The notes under the pieces are model-generated. The model ran no database searches, was not told the origin of the DNA, and saw only the letters and a list, made by a program, of their open reading frames with translations. A stretch of DNA of 64,000 nucleotides from Lepidodermella squamata (lineage: Eukaryota; Animalia; Gastrotricha), in contig JBLDXI010000025.1 of NCBI GenBank assembly GCA_047495785.1, positions 2,356,001 to 2,420,000 of the forward strand, given 5' to 3'. This document shows, piece by piece, positions 41,126 to 52,166 of the stretch (positions are counted from its first letter, which is position 1; every line of letters starts with the position of its first letter). The position numbers and the translations under genes were made by a program.

Positions 41126-42536
41126 TTAGTGTAGGTTAAAATATTCAGATGTAGTTGCGCTTTCTTCCGGTTTAAAGTACAGGAACGCTCTATGTGCTGT
41201 TTCTTGAGCTACTCTTTGTAGCACAGCAGCAGCTTCATCCGCCAACTTAATTGTGTCCGAAGCGGCTTTTTCGTAATCCTCCGAGCCTTTGATCGCCAAT
41301 TTTCTTGAGCAAAGCAACTTGAGAGCAACATAGGGAGCGCTCCGGATGTTTTGAATTCTTGTAATGTTCGATTGATCGCAGCCTATGCAGTTTAAATAAT
41401 CATAATCGAGCTCAAGCCAGCTCATGAAGTTAAAGCAGCCAACCTCTCAAGAAGACCAATGAAAGTAACAAAGCTGCCTCTGCAAAAGATGGTTTCCATT
41501 TCTCAATATGACGGGTCAATCTCAATCCTGCTTGTACTGAAATCTGAAATGTAACCGAGCAATTTTAGGCTGGAAATTAGTCAAGCAAGGAAATAGGTCT
41601 TACACCGTGTTCTGGAAATATTGATAGAAAAGTGGGCATAACGGACGAATCCATGAAAAAACCATTGCTTGAAACGCCGAGGACGGACAGCGCAATAAAC
41701 GCCATAGCTGAGAAATTCTTAGCGATGAGTTTTTCGGACGTTTCCAGTGGAATGCCGAACACAGCTGAATAAAAGAGAGAGATTCAAAATAAGCCGTGTT
41801 AAAATCGGTTCTCACGAGCTATGAAATGAGAAAATTGGTGACTGATCTTTGCTGATACACAAATCTGGCGCGCCGCCAAGTCCATGACGGTTCTCAAATC
41901 AAGATCAGCTCGTCGTGGTGTCAGCAGCGGTAACTGTTTCCGAGTAGAAAATTTAGAGGCGAATAAACAGCAATGAGCTTACCGAGCTCATATCGTGAAG
42001 CTGCAAAATTCCTTGAATTGAGGCAACAATCGCTTTCTCAATTTTCTGCCCGTCAAAGAGAGGCGGGTCTACAACAAGAGGCAAGTTGCTCCTTGCCCGG
42101 ATGGAAGTCTGGTTTGAATTTATGACTGAAATTGGGGCAGAAAATCGAGCATGAAGCGTCAACACAATTGCTAAATTACCTTTCTTGCTCTGCATTCCGA
42201 CTGCGAAACATTTTTCGATGCGGCATTTAGGGCAAGCTTGACGAGTGTTTCCAGCGATTACGCAATTGAATCCTCCTTTTATGCAGCGTAAATCCATGGT
42301 CGTAGCATGTCTGGCAAAGAATTTCTGCAGAAAAATTGAATTTGTCAAGGTATTACATATAGTATTGAGTGATTCCTCACTTGACAGGCTGCACATATCC
42401 TTGGATGGTACAGCTTTCTACGAGGAACAACTGAGGAGCAGACCTATTGGGGAATTAAAATTGAGATGCTTATCAGAAAAATTCACTTTCCTACCTTGCA
42501 ATAAACGATTTGTTTAGTTTTTTCGAATTCCGCCAT
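41126..42536 (-). CDS. Divergent nuclear-receptor-like gene D (close paralogue of B)
   Basis: MAEFEKTKQIVYCK|VC...ICAACQ|KFFAR...RQACPKCRIEKCFAVGM. C-terminus EYFNLH. Confidence 0.75.
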
Positions 42537-43011
42537 TTCAAAGCTGTTAAAGTTCAGTTGGTTCTTCAAGATTAAATACCTATGCTGAGCTGAAGATGTG
42601 CTTCAATGCGAAACAAAACTTTAGTTTTTAGTGAGCCAGCGAGTAGCGCATTTCTTCCCTGACGCGTAATAAATCGATAAATCGACCGGCTGTTGAGATG
42701 TTGCGCTAAAACATCCTTTTATCATGTTTTTCGACGAGCCTGTCTGTTTCCATACTCAACACCTATTAGTATCCAGGACATGACACGTTATTTTGTAATA
42801 AGGTTATTGGATATATACGGATATCAGTAATAAGTACTCTGCAATCACTGACCAGAACTACGCAGAGAGACTCTAAACAACACCAGTCACATTGTTAAAA
42901 AATATTACTTCCTACCTCGGCATGTGATCATTGGATGGTACAATCGTTATGCCATCGGGTGTCCAAAAATAAATTGTAATGAGATTATAGAGTCCTTAGT
43001 GCTTAGTGCTT

Positions 43012-43667
43012 CCTCACCTGGCAAGCTGAACATATTCTTGGATGGTAGAGCCTCCTACGAGGAACTACTGAGGAGCAGACCTATCGGGAAACTAATATTG
43101 AGATGTTGATTAGAAAGATTAAATTGTCTACCTGGCAATAAACTATTAGTTTAGTTGTATCAAATTCCGCCATCTGTCCGTCGAAGAGAGGTGGGTCTAC
43201 AACAATATTTTCCAAGTCTCAGGCCCGAATGGAACTCTGGTTTGATTTCGGGGCTAAAACTAGGGCGGAAAATGGGACATTAAGCGTCAAAATAGTGGTC
43301 AAATGACTTTTCTTGCTCTGCATTCCGACTGCGTAGCATTTGTCAATGCGGCACTTAGGACAAGCTTGGCGGGTGTTTCCAGAGATGATTCGCAATCAAA
43401 TCTTCCCTTAACGCAGCGTAATTCGATGTTCGTAGCATGCCTGGCAAATAACATCTGCAGAAGAGTCAAATCTTTCCAAATATTATAATATAAAGTGCTT
43501 CCTCACTTGGCAAGCTGAACATATGTTTGGGTGGTAGAGCCTCCTGCGAGGAACAATTGTAGAGCAAACCTATTGAGATGTTACTATTGAGGTTTTGAAT
43601 TTTGATGAGAATAGCTTTCAACCTTGCAATAAACTATTGGTTTAGTTTTATCAAATTCGTCCGCCAT
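43012..43667 (-). pseudogene. Two fused, truncated nuclear-receptor-like gene fragments
   Basis: The copy starting at 43667 has a frameshift in the second zinc finger. It breaks after VDPPLFDGQ directly into the ATG exon of another copy (about 43173), which itself ends after exon 2. Confidence 0.7.
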
Positions 43668-43999
43668 TCGAAGTTGATGAATTTAGTTTGTCTCTTCTAA
43701 ATAAAGTACTGAGCTGTAATGATGTAATGAAGAGGAGCCTTGGAAACAGCGTTAGTGAACTAGCAAATAACACACTAATAATACTTAATAATACTTTTCT
43801 CCTGAACTCTCTATTAAGCTTAAAATGAAATCGATAGATCTCTTTTCAGATGGCTTTTCAGATGGTGCGAAAAAACTTCATTTTATCATGCATTTTGATG
43901 GGTTATTTAGTGTCCATACTTAGGACTTGGGATGTCTCGGACTTGACGTGCTTTTGTAATAAGATTAAGTATCTCGCATGCATTCGCTGATCAATTATA

Positions 44000-44093
44000 C
44001 AGTAAAAGTTATGTAAACCGGAGTCGTCTAAACCGGAATTTCTCTGACCGGACGGATTTCAGTGGCTTACATTATAAATTTGTTGTCTAAATC
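44000..44093. mobile_element. One end of a probable MITE, truncated at the Polinton left terminus
   Basis: TA|CAGTAAAA followed by repeated (T)AAACCGGA/ACCGGA motifs. The last repeat (GTCTAAATC) is cut off at the Polinton TIR. Confidence 0.45.
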
Positions 44094-44280
44094 AGTAGTA
44101 AGGATGGGAACTTTGGATCAGTAATAGCAGTACGGCGATTTTTACTATAGCCGTTTGGTATAAATATACGCAATTTGCGATCAGTAATGGCAGTACGGCG
44201 ATTTTTACTATACCCGTTTGGTATAAATATACGCAATTTGGGGATGAGTAATAGCAGTACGGCGATTTGTACTATAGCCG
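44094..44280 (+). repeat. Left terminal inverted repeat containing about 2.6 copies of a 63-bp unit
   Basis: The unit GATCAGTAAT(A/G)GCAGTACGGCGATTTTTACTATAGCCGTTTGGTATAAATATACGCAATTTG.. starts at 44116, 44179 and 44243. Confidence 0.92.
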
Positions 44281-44546
44281 CTTCTTGTCAATATACCTTC
44301 GTTTTAACCCACTGCTATGATTTCACCTAACTAAAATAAACAAATCTTCGTTTTTTCACCTGTTATGAGCTAAACTAATCATTTTTACACTGCTTCTTTA
44401 GTGCAGCTGCAATAGAGCCCTTTTTCATTCACACAAACACTTTTTATTAGTCTTAACGTTTCAAGCAATGAATTTATAGCTGGGATAAGTCTTATCAGTT
44501 TTTCTATTCATTTGTTCAGAGATTTGTAGCGGCTTGATTGGAGGGG

Positions 44547-45050
44547 TTAACGTCCAGATGAACCGAATCCGTTATCGCCACGGGTCGAATTTGCTGCTAG
44601 AGCGTTTTTCAATGGCCCCGTTACCGTTACTGCAGATTCTAAGCGACCATATTTTAAACACACCAACTGGGTAATACGGTCGCCTATTTTAATCTTGTAA
44701 GGTGTTTTGCTGTTGTTTGCAAGGCAGACTACGATTTTTCCGGTGTAGTCGGCGTCTTTAATTCATGAAAAATACAGATATTCATTAGTAATTTTCATTA
44801 TTATTTGCTTCTTACCTATTACTCCAGCGACCGTATCGATTCCATGGTTGATGCTCATTCCTGATCGACTGAATAGTTGTCCATAATATCCTCGTGGTAA
44901 ACAGATTTTAATATCAGTTTGAATCAGTCCCCTGGTTCCAGGTTGCAGTGTCGTCTCTTCTGCTGAATAGATGTCCCAACCCACAGAGCCTTTAGTATGC
45001 TTTGTCGGTTCTTTAGCTTTGTTACTTGTTAGCTCTACCTTCAGCTTCAT
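44547..45050 (-). CDS. dut: dUTPase (147 aa); exons 45050-44816, 44755-44547
   Basis: All five motifs are present after splicing a 60-bp GT-AG intron: VGWDI, RSG, GVI|DADYTG, GDRITQL, RGDNGFGSSG. Confidence 0.95.
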
Positions 45051-45484
45051 ATTTTATAATTTATATTGTTACTGAGGTTCGATTTTTATGTGAGCGGCTA
45101 CCTCCTTTCAGGCATATTGTTTTTGTAATTCAATCTTCCTTAAAAATGCATTAGGGCCTTTAGCTCTGTTGACCCCTCAGTGCTGGCTTTAATGCTTTTC
45201 ATCAAAGATTCTTGGTATTGTATACATCCTCCTTAATTGCTGTCGGTAATTCAATAAGAAAACATCATGTCAATAAATCTTATACATCCTCCCTAATTAA
45301 ACAATGCGATTTTTTACTTATCAAAATAAAAAGCAATTAGGATTTTTTACCCTTTACGGTGTAATTACCTTAAACAATTCAAACAAAACATCTCCCTGTT
45401 TTTTCCTTTTATGGAAATATCACTCAGACTATTTAAGAGAGATGCTTCAAGAATACACTTAGCATATTTCTTGAAGCAAGCTGG

Positions 45485-46249
45485 ATGCATCCTAAAGTCT
45501 ACCATTTCGGCATAGTCGGCAACATTGGGGCGTAAGTCTCATATACTCCACCGAATAGAATTCTATTTAAAGTCTCTTGTTTTAGCGGGAAATCAACCTT
45601 AATCGAGGGTCTCACTAATCTACCTTCACTCAACCGTAAACTTCAGGGATATACCGCGTGGCCAATTTGCGAGCCTGTTCATCGTTGGGAGTCCTTTACT
45701 GATGACGATAAAACTAACATTTTGAAAGATTACTATCAGATGAAAAATGCGTTCAACTTTCAAATTGTAGCCACGAGTGATATGTGCGGCCTTTATTCAG
45801 CCCCTAACCACAAACCTGAAATCTACGGGGCGCATACTATCGTTCTGCATGATCGAACGCCCTTCTGTTCTAAAAACGTCTTTATCCCATGTGCGTATGC
45901 ATCCAAGCGCATAAATTCTATCGAATATCACGCTCTCATGAATTTGTATGATAATTTCGAGCCGAATTTTGTAAAAACTGAAGCTATTATTTACTTGCGC
46001 TCCTCTCCCCAAATAGCTTGTCAAAGAGCCGTAGCTAGAGCTCGGGGTTCTGAAATGCTATTATCACTGGATTATTTACGCCTCGTACATGAGTTTCATG
46101 AAAAAATGTGTACTGTTGAGACTACAAACAAATCCCTACCATGTCCCGTGCTTGTTATCGACACTGATAATTTGAATGCCTCTGAGGTTCTAAAGCAAGC
46201 TTCTCAGTATGTTGCCTCTCTTATCACGCCTGTAATCTCTCAGACTTGA
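45485..46249 (+). CDS. Deoxynucleoside kinase (dNK/dCK/TK2 family, 236 aa); exons 45485-45531, 45586-46249
   Basis: P-loop GNIGA|GKST restored by the 54-bp intron; EPVHRW, DRT, IYLRSSP, lid RAVARARGSE, YLRLVHEFHE. Confidence 0.92.
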
Positions 46250-46259
46250 ATCCTCATTG

Positions 46260-46622
46260 ATGGATCCAACAAGACTTGTGCTCTCGAACAGCCAGATTTT
46301 AGACGCTGAATCTTTGCAATGTCCAATTTGTTTATCTATCCTACTTAATCCTATTCAAACGCGCCCCTGTGGCCATTTATTTTGTACTAAATGTGTTCTC
46401 GCTATTTTTCAAAATTCAGCTCGAACAGTATGTTGCTGTCCACTTTGCCGCGAATCATTAACAGGGAAAGATTTCGTTAAACCCCCTGTAATTTTATCGA
46501 ACATTATCTCGAATTTGATTTACAAATGCCAATATTCTGATAAAGGCTGTCCCATTACTCTAACTTATGACCTCATTTTTGGGCATGAAAAGTTATGCCA
46601 ATATAAAGAACCCATCCCTTAA
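46260..46622 (+). CDS. C3HC4 RING finger with TRAF/SIAH-type zinc finger (putative E3 ligase)
   Basis: CPIC...PCGHLFCTKC...CPLCR, followed by CQYSDKGC...HEKLCQY. Confidence 0.88.
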   Translation: MDPTRLVLSNSQILDAESLQCPICLSILLNPIQTRPCGHLFCTKCVLAIFQNSARTVCCCPLCRESLTGKDFVKPPVILSNIISNLIYKCQYSDKGCPITLTYDLIFGHEKLCQYKEPIP

Positions 46623-46664
46623 AGTTTTACATTCTTATTTCATTAGATTTAATTTTCAATAATC

Positions 46665-47186
46665 ATGGCTGAGGCGATAGTAGAATCTGCTAACCAGACA
46701 GTCAATCATCACATGTCTAGTAACTTGGTCATTCAACAGCATCCTCAGGATTCTAATCTCATCTACATAATGACTGATCGCAAAGATAAGAACGATAAGC
46801 CTAAAAAACTCGCCTTTAGACAAGACGAATTTCTTAGCCAGTTCGTTCCTTATTTTCGACCGCCGAATGATGCTTGGGTTGCTCAGGCTCAACTTGCCCT
46901 GCTATCTCACAACACAGGCTTTAAATTTTCGATGCATGAATGCAAAATTGAAGTCTGTGTCTTTGTGCCATCATTTTCACCGATTCTTATAGATATACGC
47001 AGGTTTTATCTGGATGCTAAAGGTATTTACTTCAAATTTACAGTAATAGCAATCTTTTTATGATTTAACTTTTTAGGAAATAAACAACCCTCAAGACAAG
47101 GAGTCTCTCTTGATGCAGCTCAGTTTCAAGACCTTGCAACTGGGGTGTTAACTGTTGCAGCGATGATTGAAACAGCCAATGAATAA
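46665..47186 (+). CDS. PC4/Sub1-like ssDNA-binding coactivator domain protein; exons 46665-47022, 47077-47186
   Basis: After a 54-bp intron the C-terminus reads ILIDIRRFYLDAK|GNKQPSRQGVSLDAAQFQDL, matching the PC4 signature (IDIR.YY...G...P...GISL...Q...L). Confidence 0.8.
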
Positions 47187-47303
47187 GCTAACACAAAACT
47201 TGACTAAAATGACTTACTGAATATTTATTTCAATCTATCCTTGTAATAAAGTTTTACCTCTTCCCAAATTCGATCAATTTTAAATTTTTAATCTTAGATT
47301 GTT

Positions 47304-50300
47304 ATGGATAACTATAGTTTACAATACTCATTTATTCGAAGTAATCGCCTGATTCATTCTACAAAATTCAAAATGTTTTCTGTGGAGTACTTCATTCAGC
47401 CCGTAACATCCGACTTTGCCTCAACCTACATCAACAGATATGGCCAATCTTCTAGTTCGCTTGGGCCGATGATTCAATTGTCTGGTGGCGCTGATGAACC
47501 TCGACTGGATAATATTCGATCATTTGTGCAGAACGTACCAGCCGACCAGGTGGCTAATATTGATTTGGAGACCCGCTTCAATATTCTGGCCAACTTCCTG
47601 TTCGATATTGTTGTAAATATCCATCGTGATTTACCTGTGAATTCCTTCTGCCGGCTAACACTGTACCACCCCGACTTGAAGATGCCTCTTAGCCTACCCT
47701 TCATGAAACGCGATCGGTTGCTGGAAATTTCAATTTTTGATCAACTGAGAAAAATATTACAGAGTAATGAAGAACTCTCATTTGCTGGTCGGTGGACAAT
47801 TCGTCTCTGTGTCATTGATAACCCCAATGCAGATCTAGGTCAAATTGTTGGTGGTTCTCGGGCAGAGCGGGCTATAAACGAAACTTTGGACAAATTTTTT
47901 CTTCGCTCCAAATCGATCGTTAGAATCGGAGCGCGCAAGAATGAAACGAACAATCTTTGCATGGGCAGAGCTCTCATCACTGGAGTGGCTTTGGCTCACA
48001 TGAAGGCGAATCCTACGGATCCATCTCTTCAAGCAACCTTCAAATCGATACGTAGTACGCGAACCAATCGTCAATTTCGCGAAGCCACGGCGCTATATCA
48101 GAAAGCGGGCTTACCTCTCAACCTTCCAGCCTACAATCTAGATGATCATTACTCAGCCCTGTGTTCGGCTATCGATCCTGAACATAATACTTACAGATTC
48201 GTAGTATACTCGTACGAATCACAGGATGTTATTAGGGAAATCCCAGAATTTGATCATCGCGTAAGCCTTGGGTTGCTTCCTGTTGTTCTACTGGTTTATC
48301 GCAACGACGTCTCTCAGCCCAACAGTCATCATTTTCATGTCATTGCGAATCTCAACTTTATGAAGGCCACTCTTAGCAATGCACAACGAATATGCCCCAC
48401 TTGCTTTCAGACGAAAACGAGTACGGCTGTGCACAGATGCAAGTTGGCATGCTCTTCCTGCCGTAATTTTTACATGAAAAACCTGAATTTCACTTCTTTT
48501 ATCATTAATATTATTTTAGGTGTATCAGGGAGCATTTGCCGTGTGATTTCCAACACAGACCAACAAAACTACACGCGGTGTCCGCAATGTCGTGCAGGTC
48601 TGATGTTTTTAACCTTTTCATTATTATTCAGCTCTTTTTATGTTTTTAGTTTTGTATAGCGAACGTTGTAAGCAAAACCACAAATGTGCTAAAAAGAATC
48701 CATGCTTTAAATGCGGGAGGAAATTTGTACATTTTCTCAAGCATGAGGCTATGTGTCCCGGGCGGCGCTGTCACATTTGTCAGGAGCCTTTGAAAGCCAG
48801 CGACGAAGAAAATGGCACACACTTCTGCTTCATGACTCCCTTGGTATACTCATTTTTTTCAGTCCAGCTTTTTTCAAAATACTGTGGTTGGTGTATTTTT
48901 AGCCCTTGAAACCGGCGAATAAACTGGAACGTTATCGTAACCTAGTTTTTTGGGACACTGAGACATTTTCGCCATCACTTGCTGATAACAACAATGAGTT
49001 CCAAGTATGCCTTATCGTTGCAAAGGTCGTATGCATACCTCACTGCATCGAAGCGAGGATTCAGCGATGCCATTCTAGTTGTGGACTTCATATTTTTTAT
49101 GGAAGTCGTCCTCTGGAGGATTTCGTAAACTGGGTGCTTCTACCTATGAATTACCAGTCGATTTATTTGGCTCACAACTCAGCCAATTTCGATTCCTTAT
49201 TATTACTGAAAGAAATTCAAACACGATGTTCTAAAGTGAAGATTCTTCAAAGGCAGGGATCTCTACTATGCATTGATTTCAAACAACAAAAAATCAGATT
49301 TTTGGATTCATATCTCTTTTTTCAATGCAGATTAAGGTAGGTTACCTAAGAAACACTAAGAAACTACATTGCTTACAGGTATTTGTTCAACAACAGGGAT
49401 TTACCAGCAACAATGGGAATCCCAGACAAGAAAACCTTCTTTCCTTACGTCTTATGCACTAAAGAAAAGTAAGTACATCATCAACTTCTTGAGCTATTGT
49501 GATTGAATTCGCTGTAATCCTTCGAGTTTCAATCTCGAATTCCCACAGCTGCCTAATATGATCTACTATGAGCCTGACAAAATGTCTCCTTCTGAAAGAG
49601 CAGAATTTCTAACTTTCTACAACGAAAACAAACTGAAACGGTTCAGTGTTCGCCACACGTTACTGCAATACTGCATACAGGATTGTCTAGTTTTGGAAAA
49701 GGCGTCAATCAAATTTCGGGCGCTAATGCTGGAGTTGTGTTCTACTGATGCCTTTAAAGAATGCATCACACTAGCTTCTCTCACAAGCACATGCTTCCGC
49801 AAGCTGTTTCTTACGAAGGATACATTACCTGTCATCCCGACCGCTGGCTACTGTGGCAAGGATTCACACAGCAGGCTCTCGATAGCTTTTCTTCAATTTC
49901 TGATGGAGTCTGACCCTGAAACTTATGGTTCAATGAAACACGCTCAGAACTCACGTCAAGAAGTTCGAATATCTATACCTGGCCACCGTTATCCTTATCG
50001 CGTCGACGGTTTTGTTGCACGTCGTGATAAAATTCCGAGTGAACCCGATCTGATTGTCGAGGTTCATGGTTGTGCTGTCCATGGCTGCTTGCAATGCTTT
50101 GAGGCCTCACAACTAAATTTTCTATCTGGACAACCAAACGGCGTAGTTTACAAGCAAACCTTGGAACGTGAAGAGTTGTTTCGCTCGAATGGTTACATTC
50201 TTCAAAGCTTTTGGGAGCATGAAATTAGAGCTAGTTTCAAACAACACCCGAGAGCACAGGAGATTTATGATAATCTCACAATAGCTAATGTAATGGAGAG

Positions 50301-52159
50301 CCGTTCGTTTTTCTTTGGAGGTAACTGGAGGTTTTCCCTATTTAATCTTCGCGGGATTAAAACATCATGCCTACTTTTTAGGGCGGGTCGAAGCTTTTCG
50401 TTTAATGGCTATGATTGCCGAATCACACTCAACTTCAGGCGACCAAAATTTGGAAAAGATTGCTCAAATTTGTAAGGAAAGCGGGATGCAAACCAAGGAC
50501 TTCTTATTTCCATCGCCCGATTATTCTATAATTTCCGCCGACTTCAACTCGTTATATCCAAGCTGTATGATGGATGGCTACTATGCAATAGGACCACCTA
50601 AAGTATCCACCTTGGATCTCAGATTAAACAACGAGAAACTGCAGGAGATTTATTCAAAGGAATCTTTTTTTGGTGTCGTACAAGCACGCGTAAGCTCTTC
50701 GCATCTACATATCGTCTCCCTGCTTTCATCATCACCACATTATTTTGCTAGGTATTAGCGCCGAAAAACATCTGGCTACCTGTACTCTGCTTTCGTAGTA
50801 AACAAAACAAGCTCGTGTTCTCATGTTGCTATGCTTGTTCGTCGACTGCAAATCCAAACTTGTGCGTTTCAAGCCGTGAATGCACCCATTCTGATTATGA
50901 AAGGTCCTGGATTGGTTCGTATTGCTCTGTGGAACTGAAGTACGCTACAGATGTTCATGGCTACAGATTGCTGGAAGTCTACGAGGTTAATAATTTTGTT
51001 TAGCCAACTCATGCATGGCTTCTATCAAGTTATTTTTTTTAGATATGGGAGTTCAAGAAGAGCAATACAATTTTCAGAGATTTCATTAAAAGATTCACCA
51101 TTTTGAAGGCCGAATCCTCCGGCTGGCCGCCAAACTGTGCTACTAGTGAACAAAAAGCACAGTATTTGGAGCAATGGGAACGCATTGGTATAACGATTGA
51201 TAGCACCAAGTTGGATAAAAAGAACCCTGGGTTACGCGCGATCGCCAAATTAGTTTTGAACAGCTTTTTTGGTCGATTTGCTATGAATTCTAATCTAGAG
51301 AGAACAGATTATATCAAATCCCCGTTTCTGCTTCAGCAAATGCTAAATAATCCAGCTTTGGAAATTGTGGATATTCAACCACTAGGCTTACTCATCAACT
51401 CTGATGATGTCTCTCGCTTGCGAATTGTAACACGGCCAACCAAAGATGCCGACGTTCCAAATGGATCCACCTCAGTTATAACAGCGGCCTTCGTAACAGC
51501 TAATGCTCGTGTGAAACTGGCTCGTGAGCTGTACCGAGTCGGCCCAAAAAGTGCTATCTACAGCGGTTAGAGAATAGCGCCGCTTATGCTACCAACATCT
51601 CTACGTTTTTTGTCTTTTGTTTTAGACACGGATTCAATTTTTTGCCTTCAAGGGCCTGGAATTACTAAAATTGAGTTCACACCCGTTCTTGGCGGCTTGG
51701 CGGATCAGCTTGATACAGGGCAACGCATCATTGCAATGGTTGTACTGGGCTGTAAGGCATATGCCCTACTTTTTGCTGACGGCAAAGCCAAGCTAATGTT
51801 AAAGGTAATTGCTACTTGTTGTTACGCCCTCTGTTTTTTATTATTTACGTCACGCGCAGGGAATACGTCAAAGTTTTCATTCACGCAGTCTTCTCGATTT
51901 TTTCTTGTTCATCAAGCATGTAATACAAAGTCTCCACGATAACGAAACCAGCGGAAGCGGGGGCCGGGGTGATAACAACAAAAACAGCGTCATCGCTGAA
52001 TTGGATCAGACTCAGTTTAAAAAAGTGCATACTCCGTTATCGGAAATTCATTGTGTTCATATAACAAAAAAGATTCGTTTAACCTATGATAAACGTTGGC
52101 TACGCCCCGGCGATGCTTCCTTTCTAACTTATCCACATGGATATAGCGCTGATCAATGA
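47304..52159 (+). CDS. polB: Protein-primed family B DNA polymerase (about 1424 aa, 11 exons) with N-terminal extension, Zn-binding motifs and a Vsr-like insertion
   Basis: ExoI WDTET, ExoII HNSANFD, FLDSY, ExoIII YCIQD, FFG|GRVEAF, DFNSLYPS, KLVLNSFFGRF, YS|DTDS, KAY. Introns 48463-48519, 48598-48649, 48844-48902, 49337-49396, 49469-49526, 50321-50381, 50690-50751, 50986-51042, 51566-51625 and 51805-51859 give a 4275-nt open frame. Confidence 0.93.
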
Positions 52160-52166
52160 TCGATTA

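Noticed and set aside
34491-43667. Nuclear-receptor array as Polinton cargo
   Set aside because: It lies outside the left TIR (44094).
44116-44280. 63-bp repeats as a CRISPR-like array
   Set aside because: The units are contiguous with no unique spacers, are mirrored at the other end of the element, and sit in a eukaryotic context. They are TIR sub-repeats.
47304-52159. Fragmented polB ORFs read as a frameshifted pseudogene
   Set aside because: Every break is bounded by GT...AG at 52-62 bp spacing, and removal gives one continuous frame with all motifs. One acceptor (49526) is a less common GAG but is the only nearby in-frame choice.
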